Assembly: GCA_900299195.1 (NCBI GenBank)
Contig: OMIX01000098.1
Span: 92,342 to 156,341, forward strand
Reading direction: 5' to 3'
Length of the DNA: 64,000 nt
DNA from: Deltaproteobacteria bacterium
GTDB taxonomy: Bacteria; Bdellovibrionota; FAC87; UBA2466
The position numbers were made by a program, and so were the translations under genes. Of this stretch, positions 30,745 through 40,108 are shown piece by piece (positions within the stretch are counted from its first letter, which is position 1; each line of letters starts with the position of its first letter). The notes under the pieces were generated by a model that worked only from the letters and a program-made list of their open reading frames with translations, did no database searches and was not told the DNA's origin.

Positions 30745-31654
30745 ATTCTATGCCTTTCTGTTCTGTCGGTCCGATATCTGTTAAAGCCTCAACTGGAATC
30801 TCTGGGAGATCTTCTGAGATCGTTTCCTCGGTCAGAGGTTGTTCTGAAAGTTTACTTACATCCACCTTGGGTCCACCTTCTAACCGGCGAATTACTTCCT
30901 GTGCTAAATTCAAATAACTTTGGGAACCCGTAGAGCTAATGTCGTAAAGCAAAACTGGCTTGCCGTGACTTGGACTTTCACTCAATTTCACATTTCTAGG
31001 AATGACCGTATCAAAAACAGTGCTCTTAAAATGATTTTTAACCTCAGTCACTACTTGTCTCGAAAGATTATTCCTTGAATCAAACATCGTAAGAAGAATG
31101 CCAAGCTGCTGTAGCTTTTTATTGAGTCCTTTTCTTATAAGCTCTGCAGTATGAAGAAACTGTCCCAATCCTTCCATTGCATAATATTCACACTGCAACG
31201 GAATCAGATAATAATGAGATGCGGTAAGAGCATTTAAAGTTAGTAGTCCCAACGAAGGGGGACAATCGATAAAAATATAATCAAATTTGGTCCCCTCAGA
31301 TTTTTCTAACTCCTCAAAAGCATTTTTTAGTCTGAGCTCCCGAGCAATCGCTTGAACTAACTCTATCTCTGCCCCACTTAAATTATTATCGGACGGGCAA
31401 ACTTTTAAATATTGAAGTCCTGTTGGATAGATGGCCTCTCTCATCGGAAGCTCATCGATAAGTACGTGATAAATATTTTTATCAGTGAAAAGCCCCTTAT
31501 CGACACCCAACCCACTTGAGGCATTTCCTTGTGGATCTAGATCAACCAACAACACTTTTTTCTCGGCCGCCGCAACTGAAGCCGCGAGATTCACTGCTGT
31601 CGTGGTTTTACCGACACCGCCCTTTTGATTTGCGATTGCTATTATATTTGCCAT
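30731..31654 (-). CDS. parA: Chromosome partitioning ATPase ParA (Soj) with an acidic C-terminal extension of about 50 aa
   Basis: Deviant Walker [16 protein letters not shown]. After the canonical LAQEVIRR end, an extra Glu/Pro-rich tail ([34 protein letters not shown]...) follows. Confidence 0.9.
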   Translation of the reverse strand: MANIIAIANQKGGVGKTTTAVNLAASVAAAEKKVLLVDLDPQGNASSGLGVDKGLFTDKNIYHVLIDELPMREAIYPTGLQYLKVCPSDNNLSGAEIELVQAIARELRLKNAFEELEKSEGTKFDYIFIDCPPSLGLLTLNALTASHYYLIPLQCEYYAMEGLGQFLHTAELIRKGLNKKLQQLGILLTMFDSRNNLSRQVVTEVKNHFKSTVFDTVIPRNVKLSESPSHGKPVLLYDISSTGSQSYLNLAQEVIRRLEGGPKVDVSKLSEQPLTEETISEDLPEIPVEALTDIGPTEQKGIEYGNP

Positions 31655-31812
31655 AAATTTTTCGGAACAAAAATCAGATTATGTGATTGATATTTCTATC
31701 ATATTTTTTTTTACTGTACAAAAATTTTTCCACGAAAAAAAATTTAATTGCTCTTCAGGAATTGGAACGATGAGCCAATCGTCGATACTAAAAGATTTGT
31801 CTACGGGTGGAA

Positions 31813-31830
31813 TTGTTCCACGTGGAACAA
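31813..31830. promoter_or_regulatory. parS: parS site (18-bp perfect palindrome TTGTTCCACGTGGAACAA)
   Basis: Perfect palindrome in the parA-rsmG spacer. The 16-bp core TGTTCCACGTGGAACA differs from the canonical TGTTTCACGTGAAACA at the symmetric positions 5 and 12. Confidence 0.7.
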
Positions 31831-31838
31831 AATTTAGA

Positions 31839-32474
31839 TTACTTTGTTCCACGTGGAACAAAGTTAAAGCTCTCTACTCTTCTAGGGCCACAATCCATGG
31901 GAAGCTCATAATAAAGCTCTCCACATTTTTGAAACTCTTTGGGTGGGACTAAAGCCTCGCTGCTTCCGCCGACATTAACAATGAGGGTGCTCCCTGAATT
32001 CATTCTTTTAGACATAAACTTAAAAAGCTCTTGGGGTGGCAATACAGCCCTAGCCAAAAACAATCCACTCTTTCGCTCCAACGGCATCTCTCCCATCAAT
32101 TTGATGTTTTCCAATTGGAGGGTTGTTAGAACAGCGGACAAGAAGGTTTGTTTTTTTAAACTTCTTTCATACAGAGTGACTTTGGCATCGGGATATCGAA
32201 TGCCATAAATAATTCCAGGAAATCCGGCTCCGGTTCCAAGATCATAAACGGGTCTTGCTGATCGGTAATTTTCAGCGAAGTCACAGATTGAAATACTATC
32301 CACATAGTGGCTGGCGAAGGATTTATCGATGCTTTTTTTAGAAACCAAAGCCATTCTTTCATTCCAGTTTTTTAAAACTGAAAAATGTTTTTCGTAAAGG
32401 CTGAGTTCTGTCTCGGTTAGGTTCTTAAGACACTCGAGTTGGTTCTGATGGTTTTTAAAATGCTCTTTCAACAT
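31839..32474 (-). CDS. rsmG: 16S rRNA (guanine527-N7)-methyltransferase
   Basis: 211 aa SAM-MTase with GidB-family motifs (YDLGTGAGFPGI). Sits in the conserved mnmG-rsmG-parA-parB array. Confidence 0.85.
   Translation of the reverse strand: MLKEHFKNHQNQLECLKNLTETELSLYEKHFSVLKNWNERMALVSKKSIDKSFASHYVDSISICDFAENYRSARPVYDLGTGAGFPGIIYGIRYPDAKVTLYERSLKKQTFLSAVLTTLQLENIKLMGEMPLERKSGLFLARAVLPPQELFKFMSKRMNSGSTLIVNVGGSSEALVPPKEFQKCGELYYELPMDCGPRRVESFNFVPRGTK
31843..31862. promoter_or_regulatory. parS: parS site (20-bp perfect palindrome TTTGTTCCACGTGGAACAAA)
   Basis: Second copy, 31 bp from the first, overlapping the last codons of rsmG. Confidence 0.7.
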
Positions 32475-34372
32475 GTGGCTTCAGAGGTCGGAGGTTTCTG
32501 CCTTAAATGAAATAGGAGAGCCGAAAGCGCAGCTGGGGTAACCCCAGAAATTTTTGCAGCATCCGCTAAAGTGTTAGGCTTAATCCGTTCCAACTTCTCC
32601 TTAATTTCGATAGAAAGCCCTGAAACAACCCCATATTTAAGCTCTTTAGGAATGGTCAAAGTCTGCAGCTTTTTAAGTCTCTCGATTTCTTGGGCTTGCA
32701 TGACAACATATCCTTCATACTTAACCTCGATCTCAACTGTGTCTGAAGTCTGCTGATCTAATGGGTGAGGGGGAGCAGCCTCTGATATTTGCAAGATATC
32801 CGACAACTCAAGCTCTGGCCTTTTCAACAATGAATCCAATGATTGTGCCTGTAACATCGGGTTTAGCCCCTTTGAAGCAAACAGTTGATTCAGTTTCTCA
32901 GTAGGTTTGACGAATGTTTTCTTAAGAAAAGTTTTTGTTACTTCTATCGAACGCTTTTTTTCTTCAAAGCTTAGACGCTCATTTTGACCCAAAAGCCCCA
33001 GACTAATTCCATAGTGGCTTAGCCGCATGTCTGCGTTGTCCTCTCGAAGGGATAAACGATATTCAGCTCTAGAGGTAAACATCCGGTAGGGCTCGTTCAC
33101 CCCGAGCGTAGTGAGGTCGTCAACCATGACACCAATATAAGATTCCGTTCTGGAAAGAATAAAAGGCTCTCTCCCCTGTGAGTATAGCGAAGCATTAATC
33201 CCCGCTAATAAGCCCTGAGCAGCAGCCTCTTCGTAACCAGAAGTTCCATTCACTTGGCCACCTAAGAATAGCCCTCTAATATGCTTGGATTCGAGAGAGG
33301 GATGAAGTTGCCTTGGATCGATACAATCATATTCGACTGCGTAGCCATGTCTGGCAATTTTCACATCTCTGCAGCCGGGAATCGTTCGGATAAATTGCTC
33401 CTGCACATCAGCTGGTAAACTAGTCGATATTCCGTTGGGATAAATCCAATTAGAATCTAGAGCTTCTGGTTCAAAAAACAATTGGTGCCGTCCCTTATCG
33501 GGAAATTTAACTACTTTATCCTCGATAGACGGACAATACCTAGGACCTACACCCTTAATTTCTCCGCTATACAAAGGCGAGCGATGAAGGTTCGACTTAA
33601 TTGCATGATGGGTTTCATTGTTAGTAAAGGTAAGAAAACAGGAAACCTGGGGAAGGGGAATTGAACTATCCCAGAAACTGAACCTACTGGGGGGATTATC
33701 ACCAGCCTGTTCTTCCATTTGAGAAAAGTCTATCGTCTCTGCTAGTAGCCTTGCTGGGGTTCCTGTCTTTAGTCTAAGGAGATCAAACCCGAGCTCTCTT
33801 AAACAATCTGAAAGACCCAAAGAGGGGGCCTCTCCAAATCTTCCCCCCTCCGATTTGTCAAAGCCCGTGTGCATAACTGCCTTCATGAAGGTTCCAGCGG
33901 TGATAACAACCGAGGAGGCACCGATCTCTTGAAAGTGGCCGTTCGCATCTTTAGCCTGAAGAGCTCTTATCTTCCCGTTCTCTAATAACAGGGTCTTAAC
34001 CTCTCCATGAAAAACTTCCAGGTTTTTAGTTTCCTTTATAACCCCCTGCATACGGAGGGCGTATTGTCTTTTGTCGGACTGACAACGTGAAGACTGAACG
34101 GCACTTCCTTTTCTTGTATTTAATCTCTTAAATTGTATTCCGGTGAAGTCTGCGTTTTTTCCCATCTCTCCACCTAGAGCATCTATCTCCTTAACTAATT
34201 GGCCTTTGCCAACCCCTCCAATAGAAGGATTACAGGACATTTCAGCAATTTTATCAGGGTTCATGGTGACCAATAGGGTAGAGGTTCCCATTCGAGCAGA
34301 AGCTAGCGCGGCTTCACACCCTGCGTGTCCACCACCAATTACAACCACATCAAAATGTTTCACGTGGAACAT
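32468..34372 (-). CDS. mnmG: tRNA uridine-5-carboxymethylaminomethyl synthesis enzyme MnmG (GidA)
   Basis: FAD motif FDVVVIGGGHAGCEAA. The likely start is MFHVKHFDVV at 34372; the ORF-track start of 34390 adds 6 aa. Confidence 0.95.
   Translation of the reverse strand: MFHVKHFDVVVIGGGHAGCEAALASARMGTSTLLVTMNPDKIAEMSCNPSIGGVGKGQLVKEIDALGGEMGKNADFTGIQFKRLNTRKGSAVQSSRCQSDKRQYALRMQGVIKETKNLEVFHGEVKTLLLENGKIRALQAKDANGHFQEIGASSVVITAGTFMKAVMHTGFDKSEGGRFGEAPSLGLSDCLRELGFDLLRLKTGTPARLLAETIDFSQMEEQAGDNPPSRFSFWDSSIPLPQVSCFLTFTNNETHHAIKSNLHRSPLYSGEIKGVGPRYCPSIEDKVVKFPDKGRHQLFFEPEALDSNWIYPNGISTSLPADVQEQFIRTIPGCRDVKIARHGYAVEYDCIDPRQLHPSLESKHIRGLFLGGQVNGTSGYEEAAAQGLLAGINASLYSQGREPFILSRTESYIGVMVDDLTTLGVNEPYRMFTSRAEYRLSLREDNADMRLSHYGISLGLLGQNERLSFEEKKRSIEVTKTFLKKTFVKPTEKLNQLFASKGLNPMLQAQSLDSLLKRPELELSDILQISEAAPPHPLDQQTSDTVEIEVKYEGYVVMQAQEIERLKKLQTLTIPKELKYGVVSGLSIEIKEKLERIKPNTLADAAKISGVTPAALSALLFHLRQKPPTSEATC
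34356..34371. promoter_or_regulatory. parS: parS site (TGTTTCACGTGGAACA: one canonical half, one variant half)
   Basis: Lies inside the first codons of mnmG (MFHVKH read from the minus strand), at the mnmE/mnmG junction. Confidence 0.6.
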
Positions 34373-34374
34373 TT

Positions 34375-35739
34375 TTACTTCCCAATACAAAAATCACTAA
34401 AAATACGGCCTAAAACATCGTCAACTTCGACTTTCCCTACCACATTTTCAAGCTGAACCATAATTTTTCGACTAAACTCAGCTAGGATTTCAGGGGGATA
34501 CCCTTTATGTAGTTGAGATTTCAATTCTTTTAGGATTTCGGTCACAGCCTCTAATCTGGCCGCTTGCACAGCAGTGGGTGTCGGACCTAAATGATCAATA
34601 ATCAACTTTGCTGCCGTTGATTCCAGGCTAGACCAAAATTCTTCCATGTTGGCGGAGTTAAAAACAGAACCCTCCACCGATTTGTCTTTTAATTGCTGAG
34701 GACTTTTTTTCCAATTTGAAAGGTCCATTTTGTTCCAGAAAATTAAGTGGGGAACACTTCCAAAGCGATCAAGAAGTCCCTGTTCCTGTTCTGTAATGCC
34801 CTGCGTTCCATCAACAACTAAAACCCAGATAGATGCACTAGATAAAAATGCGGATCCTAATTCGATCCCTTCTTGCTCAATAAAATTCTCGGTCGTTCTT
34901 ATGCCGGCCGTATCAGCAACCATCCAAGGACGACTCAATATTTCAATTTGTTCCTCGATGACGTCTCGAGTGGTTCCAGCTTCTTCCGAAACAATAGCTC
35001 GGTATCTACCTAACATAGAATTAAAAAGAGAGGATTTTCCGGCGTTAGGCCTTCCGACTAAAACAATTTTCGGCAAGATTTTACCGCTCTTAAACCTCGA
35101 GTATCTCTGAGTAATCTCTGAGCACTCATGAATAAGCTCTTCAATTTATTGATTAGCTAACTCCACTGCCGAGGAATACTCTTCCGAAAAATCAACGGCG
35201 GTATCAAGTATCGCCTGAATTTTGATGAGTCGTGATCTTAGATCTTCTATTTTCTTCTCTAGCCCACCATCTCTGCGGGAATAGACAGCTTGCAAATCCA
35301 CCGAATGTACAGCATTAAAAACATCCGCTAAATTCTCTAACTCTAAGGGAGATTGTTTTCCGTTGAGTAAAGCCCGGTAAGAAAACTCTCCCCGCTCCGC
35401 AGGCCTTGCCGACAAAGACAAGAGTTCTTTTTCCAAAGAATGAATGACTGCAACCGAACCATGACAATGAAACTCAATAGTGTCATCGCCACTATGGGAG
35501 TTGGGCCCCACAAAAGAAATTGCCATAATGTCATCGATTTTTTTTCCTGTCCGGGTATGCAGAACACCAAACCAGATATCGCGAATTTTCGATAGCTCTC
35601 TAGACTTTGGAGTAAATAGCTTTTCCGCAATTAAAAATGCCTTCGGACCCGAAAGTTTTACGACTCCAATGGCAGAGGGAAGTGTCCCAGTGGTAAGAGC
35701 AAAAATGGTATCTTCTAAACTTAAGTTCTCACGCAACAT
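34375..35739 (-). pseudogene. mnmE: tRNA modification GTPase MnmE (TrmE) interrupted by a single in-frame TAA at 35148-35146
   Basis: ORF 35739-35146 encodes the MnmE N-terminal domain (FALTTG...AIGVVKLSG). The same frame continues after the TAA into the G domain (GRPNAGKSSLFN) and the C-terminal CIGK. The uninterrupted frame is 455 codons, the canonical MnmE length. Confidence 0.6.
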
Positions 35740-35741
35740 AG

Positions 35742-37361
35742 TTAGGACGGTTGAAGGCCTGTCCCAATTTTATCTCTCAAGGCTAATTGTTGAGCAACTC
35801 CCAGTAAGGTGCTGACAAAAATATAAAGGGTCAAACCTGAGGGCAGATTGACCATCATGAAAGTAAAAATGACTGGCATAAATAACATCATCTTTTGTTG
35901 AGCGGGATCCATTCCTGCGCTTGGCGTCATTTTCTGCTGAAGCAACATGGCAAGACCCATCAAGATCGGGTAAATGTAAAATGGATCTTTTGTGGACAGA
36001 TCTTGAATCCAACCAAAAAAGGGCGCGTGAAAAAGTTCAATCGAGTTACCCAGCACAGCATACAGGGCAATAAAAACTGGCAATTGAATCAACATAGGAA
36101 GACAACCGCCCGCTGGGTTGACTTTGTGCGCCTTAAACAAAGCCATTTGCTCTTCGTTGAGCTTTTTCGGGTCGTCTTTATATTTTTCTTTTAATTGGGC
36201 AATTTTCGGCTGAAGCTTTTGCATTTCCTTCATCGACTTCATGCTTTTTTGGGACAACGGATAAAATAACGCCCTCACCAAGACCGTAAGCAGAATGATA
36301 GCTATCCCATAGTTATGAATAAACTTATAAAAAAACCGCAAAATCTCTAAAAGCGGATAGGCAAAAACAGTAAAAGTTCCATAATCTATCAATTTTTTTA
36401 AACCAGGAATCTTAGAGAGCTCTTTGTAGTCTTTAGGCCCCACATAAAACTTTAACGAGAAATCCAATTCCCTCTGACCACTCTTCAAAATAAGCGGATA
36501 CTTAAGATACGCACCATTGAAGTTCTCTGTTTTCTTAAAAACAACATCAGGATTGATTTGAGAACTTTGATTTATGACAACACTGGCAAAATATCGGTTC
36601 CCGAAAGCCAACCACTCCGATTTCCCCTGATGAACTGATTCATCTTCCTTTCTCAACTTCTCAAGGTTTCGCCTCTGAATTTCATCATTCTGATAGAAAA
36701 CAACCTCCCAGGACTTGAGCGGCTCCTGAGCATTAAATGTCTCTTGTTCTGAAGTTCCAAGCGGGATAAGTAGGCTTCCCCAATCTTTTCTATCCTCTTT
36801 GAGGAATGAAATCTTAAAATTAGCTTCGATAAAATTCGAGTTTTCGGAAAACCGATATTGCTTGGATACACTGATGTCTTTAGTCTTCTTGGTAAAAACA
36901 ACCTGGTTGGCTGATTGTTGAGCATCGAAACTTCCACGCGAAAACTCCGACAAAACAGGATCAGTAAAAAGTGCCGCCAAAGCCAAAGTTGTCTTTGCTG
37001 TCTCTATCGGTGTTACAAGGGGAGACTTTTTGTCGATGGTCTCTCTGAACTTTAAGAGCTTAACTCCTGCTATCTTTCCCCCGTTGGACGAAAACAAAAC
37101 ATCCAAAGCATCAGTTCTAAGATTTAATTTTGACCCCTCCGGGATAGGGCTAAAAGCACTATCGTGAGCGACTTTTTCGCTAGCGGTACTGGTTTGGGAA
37201 CTTACAGAAGGCTTTTCTTGGGACAAATTTGATCCACCAGACTCCACAAGTCTTGTGTCGGTTGCGGACGGTTTTTGTGGCGGGACAGGGGAAAACCAAC
37301 GTATCCAACCAAACCAAATAAGAAGCATTAAAGAAACCGCTAACCACGTTCTTGAGGCCAT
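35742..37361 (-). CDS. yidC: Membrane protein insertase YidC
   Basis: 539 aa: an N-terminal TM, a large periplasmic domain and the conserved C-terminal five-TM core. Conserved position after yidD. Confidence 0.9.
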   Translation of the reverse strand: MASRTWLAVSLMLLIWFGWIRWFSPVPPQKPSATDTRLVESGGSNLSQEKPSVSSQTSTASEKVAHDSAFSPIPEGSKLNLRTDALDVLFSSNGGKIAGVKLLKFRETIDKKSPLVTPIETAKTTLALAALFTDPVLSEFSRGSFDAQQSANQVVFTKKTKDISVSKQYRFSENSNFIEANFKISFLKEDRKDWGSLLIPLGTSEQETFNAQEPLKSWEVVFYQNDEIQRRNLEKLRKEDESVHQGKSEWLAFGNRYFASVVINQSSQINPDVVFKKTENFNGAYLKYPLILKSGQRELDFSLKFYVGPKDYKELSKIPGLKKLIDYGTFTVFAYPLLEILRFFYKFIHNYGIAIILLTVLVRALFYPLSQKSMKSMKEMQKLQPKIAQLKEKYKDDPKKLNEEQMALFKAHKVNPAGGCLPMLIQLPVFIALYAVLGNSIELFHAPFFGWIQDLSTKDPFYIYPILMGLAMLLQQKMTPSAGMDPAQQKMMLFMPVIFTFMMVNLPSGLTLYIFVSTLLGVAQQLALRDKIGTGLQPS

Positions 37362-37363
37362 AT

Positions 37364-37621
37364 TTACCCTACCTTATCGACTACTGGGTCACTTCCAAAG
37401 GACCCCATGGGATGACACTTTAAAAGTCTCTTTATACTCAGCAAACTTCCAACGACAAGCCCATGTTTTTTGAGAGCAAGAGAACTGTACTGGGAGCAAG
37501 TGGGTTCGAACCGACAACAAGCCCCAAAAGAAAAAAATTGATGAAATCCCCGAACAAAAACTACCACCATTTGCGGCCAGTTTTTTAAGAGCCTATTCAC
37601 TTTTTTTGTTCTCCTCAACAA
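37364..37621 (-). CDS. yidD: Membrane protein insertion efficiency factor YidD
   Basis: 85 aa with the [10 protein letters not shown] motif. Confidence 0.8.
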   Translation of the reverse strand: MLRRTKKVNRLLKNWPQMVVVFVRGFHQFFSFGACCRFEPTCSQYSSLALKKHGLVVGSLLSIKRLLKCHPMGSFGSDPVVDKVG

Positions 37622-37976
37622 ACCTGGCGGCGGAAATCAACTGCTTCTGAACATCGGAATAATCTAACAATTTCCATTCCTTGGATAAGTTGTCTCGGCC
37701 AATAATATTCAGATCTGTTTTGGGAAAGAGTTTAGCATTTTTTCTAAACGTCTCTCTAATCAGCCGTTTGATTCGATTCCTAGCCACAGCAGAACTTAAA
37801 ACCTTTTTGGAAATTGAAATTCCCAACCGGCCTTTTCCCTCTAAACCTAAAATGAACATGAAGGATTCAGTTTTAAACCTTTTAAAGGATTTAAACCTAA
37901 AGTCTTTTTTCTTCTTTAATCTCTTAGACTTAGAAAGCTTCTGACTGCGCTTCGTTCGATGGATTAAATCTTCCAA
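37593..37976 (-). CDS. rnpA: RNase P protein component
   Basis: Basic 127-aa protein with the RNR-like motif [13 protein letters not shown]. Sits between rpmH and yidD. Confidence 0.8.
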   Translation of the reverse strand: MEDLIHRTKRSQKLSKSKRLKKKKDFRFKSFKRFKTESFMFILGLEGKGRLGISISKKVLSSAVARNRIKRLIRETFRKNAKLFPKTDLNIIGRDNLSKEWKLLDYSDVQKQLISAARFVEENKKSE

Positions 37977-37987
37977 ACCAATGAAAA

Positions 37988-38137
37988 CTATTTGCCAGAA
38001 ATGGTTGCTACTAGCTTTTTACGCCCTTTTCTTCGACGTCTAGAAAGAAGAAGTCTACCGTCTTTTCGGCTCATTCGCTTAAGCCAACCGTGAGTTCTCT
38101 TTCTTTTTATCCGACTGGGCTGATATGTTCTTTTCAC
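37988..38137 (-). CDS. rpmH: 50S ribosomal protein L34
   Basis: Not in the ORF track because it is shorter than 60 aa. The minus-strand GTG at 38137 gives [49 protein letters not shown], a clear L34 sequence. Confidence 0.8.
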   Translation of the reverse strand: MKRTYQPSRIKRKRTHGWLKRMSRKDGRLLLSRRRRKGRKKLVATISGK

Positions 38138-38432
38138 TTTAAACCCCTAACTAAATTAATACATACGTTTAAACTGCCGCATATTAGGGGTTCCTGCGTC
38201 CCGTGTCAAATTTCTTTCGATCTAGCAAGGTTTTTACTCTCTCAGATAGCCCCAATAAGCTTATCCAGGTGGCCTTTACCTATTTGTTTCGGTTCTCAAA
38301 CTTCAAAAAATAACTCGTCATCGATTTGTTTGTTTAGTTGTCAACAAAACTAATTCTTCTTTTTATCATGCTCTTTGTTGCCAAAATATTTTGGCTTTGC
38401 TAACTCACTCAGTTCGGCACGAAGTTTTGACT

Positions 38433-39734
38433 ATGTCATCAAATTCTTGGACTCAAATTAGAGAGCGATTGAAGGCGTCTTTGCCTGCTCATATTTTTTC
38501 TTCCCTGGTGGAGCCAAGCTCGTTTTTTGAGAAAGAAGACTCTTATGAAATTTCTTTCCCAAATCGCTTTACTAAAGAGAGTTTCGAAGAAAAGTGTTTG
38601 TCTCCTTTAAAAAACGCCTTAAAAACCCTTTCTCTTGATGCAAAACGCATTGAACTTCTTGTGGCGGCCTCTAACCAAGAAAGTGCCCAACAGACCTTTA
38701 TAGATCCCTCATCATTTAGCCGATTCGATCCTAAGTATCGGTTTGATACCTTTGTGATAGGAACCTCAAACCAGTTTGCCCATGCTGCTTGCCAAGCGGT
38801 CTCAAAACAGCCAGGGCAGTGTTACAATCCTCTGTTTATTTTTGGGGGTGCCGGCTTAGGAAAAACCCATTTACTAAGGGCGATTGGGTACGAGTTATCA
38901 AAAAATCAAAGCAATTTAAGAATCCTATTTTTGACGAGCGAAGCTTTTACTAATGAACTTATTCAGGCCATTCGTATCGATAGAATGCGAGAGTTTCGAG
39001 AGAAATATCGCTCGGGTTGTGATGTTTTGCTTCTAGATGATATTCACTTCTTGGCGGGCAAAGAAAGAACCCAAGAAGAGTTTTTTTACACTTTCAATTA
39101 CCTTCATGAGTCCAGAAAGCAAATCGTCATTACTTCAGACCGATATCCAAAAGATATCCAGGGACTTGAAAATCGACTGCAAACCAGGTTCGAATGGGGT
39201 TTGGTCGCCGACGTACAACCTCCTGAAGTCGAAACCCGTGTCGCCATTTTAAAAAATAAGGCAGAAGAACAAAAAATATCTTTACCGGATGACGTAGCCC
39301 ACTACGTAGCTTCTCATGTTACTTCTAACATTCGAGAACTCGAAGGATCTTTACACAGACTGCAAGCCCATGCGTCTTTAAACAACTCCTCGATCAATTT
39401 GGATCTGGCTCAACAGATCTTAAGAGACCTGGTTCCTCGACTAAAGCACGAACTTACTGCTGATGGAGTTTTGAAGTTAGTCGCATTAACCTTTGGGTTA
39501 AAAATCGCTGATCTAAAATCCAATAAACGAGCGAGAAATTTGAGCGAGCCCAGACAAATTTGCATGTATCTGCTGCGCAAACACTTGATGATGTCCTTGC
39601 CAGAAATTGGGGCCTTCATGGGTGACAGACACCACACTACGATTTTACATGGCGTCAATGAAATCATATCTCGATCTAAAACAGATCCCGAACTTGAGAT
39701 CAATATTTCAAAAATTGAAAGTTTATTTCGATAG
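38433..39734 (+). CDS. dnaA: Chromosomal replication initiator DnaA
   Basis: AAA+ Walker A GGAGLGKTHLL and a C-terminal DNA-binding domain. The likely start is MSSNSWTQIRERL at 38433; the ORF-track start of 38391 adds 14 aa. Confidence 0.95.
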   Translation: MSSNSWTQIRERLKASLPAHIFSSLVEPSSFFEKEDSYEISFPNRFTKESFEEKCLSPLKNALKTLSLDAKRIELLVAASNQESAQQTFIDPSSFSRFDPKYRFDTFVIGTSNQFAHAACQAVSKQPGQCYNPLFIFGGAGLGKTHLLRAIGYELSKNQSNLRILFLTSEAFTNELIQAIRIDRMREFREKYRSGCDVLLLDDIHFLAGKERTQEEFFYTFNYLHESRKQIVITSDRYPKDIQGLENRLQTRFEWGLVADVQPPEVETRVAILKNKAEEQKISLPDDVAHYVASHVTSNIRELEGSLHRLQAHASLNNSSINLDLAQQILRDLVPRLKHELTADGVLKLVALTFGLKIADLKSNKRARNLSEPRQICMYLLRKHLMMSLPEIGAFMGDRHHTTILHGVNEIISRSKTDPELEINISKIESLFR

Positions 39735-39840
39735 TTTTGGACTTGGTTTCTCTTTTTGCTTTGGGTCATAGCAAAAATGAAATTAAAAAGGCCAGGATCC
39801 TGTTTTTTTCTCTAAGTTGATATACGTTACTGTTGCCATA

Positions 39841-39998
39841 TGTGGATAAAAAGGTATGCTTTTTCTTTGGGGTAATGTTAATAACTATGTTGAAAACATT
39901 GTTAATTGTTTGTTAATTGTTTGTTGAAAACTTGTTGATAACTTTTTATCCACAGTTCATCCACAGCTTTTAAAAAGTTATCCACATCGTTATCCACA
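39841..39998. promoter_or_regulatory. DnaA-box cluster of oriC
   Basis: Perfect TTATCCACA 9-mers at 39841-39849 (reverse), 39946-39954, 39978-39986 and 39990-39998, plus TCATCCACA at 39957-39965. Also contains direct repeats GTTAATTGTTT x2 (39901-39922) and TGTTGAAAAC x2. Confidence 0.8.
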
Positions 39999-40052
39999 AC
40001 AGGATCGACAATGTTATTGATGACTTAACTGAGTTGTTAACATATTAACAAT

Positions 40053-40108
40053 GCTAATTACTACTACTATAGATCTATATATATATAGATAAAGAAAAAG
40101 ATAAGAGA
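40053..40108. promoter_or_regulatory. AT-rich DNA unwinding element candidate of oriC
   Basis: ACTACTACTATAGATCTATATATATATAGATAAAGAAAAAGATAAG, immediately downstream of the DnaA boxes and upstream of dnaN. Confidence 0.55.

Noticed and set aside
31679-31952. ORF-track ORFs 31679-31861 (minus) and 31683-31952 (plus) in the parA-rsmG spacer.
   Set aside because: Their open frames are produced by the two palindromic parS sites (FVPRGT read on both strands). They have no RBS or conserved domain and are non-coding.
34373-34390. An alternative upstream start of mnmG (MYWEVK) that overlaps the mnmE stop.
   Set aside because: The conserved MnmG N-terminus begins at MFHVKHFDVVVIGGG, and the six extra residues have no counterpart in MnmG from other bacteria. 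It is kept only as a note.
37495-37520. A tRNA-like T-arm motif GGTTCGAACC, read on the minus strand.
   Set aside because: It lies inside the yidD coding sequence. No matching acceptor stem, D-arm or anticodon arm could be assembled on either strand. No tRNA genes were found in the window.
38391-38432. A 14-aa N-terminal extension of dnaA (MALLTHSVRHEVLT) in the ORF track.
   Set aside because: The conserved DnaA N-terminus starts at MSSNSWTQIRERL (38433), and the extension is absent from DnaA proteins in other bacteria. The annotated start is therefore moved to 38433.
39901-39931. Short tandem direct repeats (GTTAATTGTTT x2, TGTTGAAAAC x2) that could be mistaken for a mini-CRISPR or mobile-element end.
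   Set aside because: There are only two copies, with no spacer architecture and no cas genes. They are embedded in the DnaA-box cluster and are read as origin-associated repeats.
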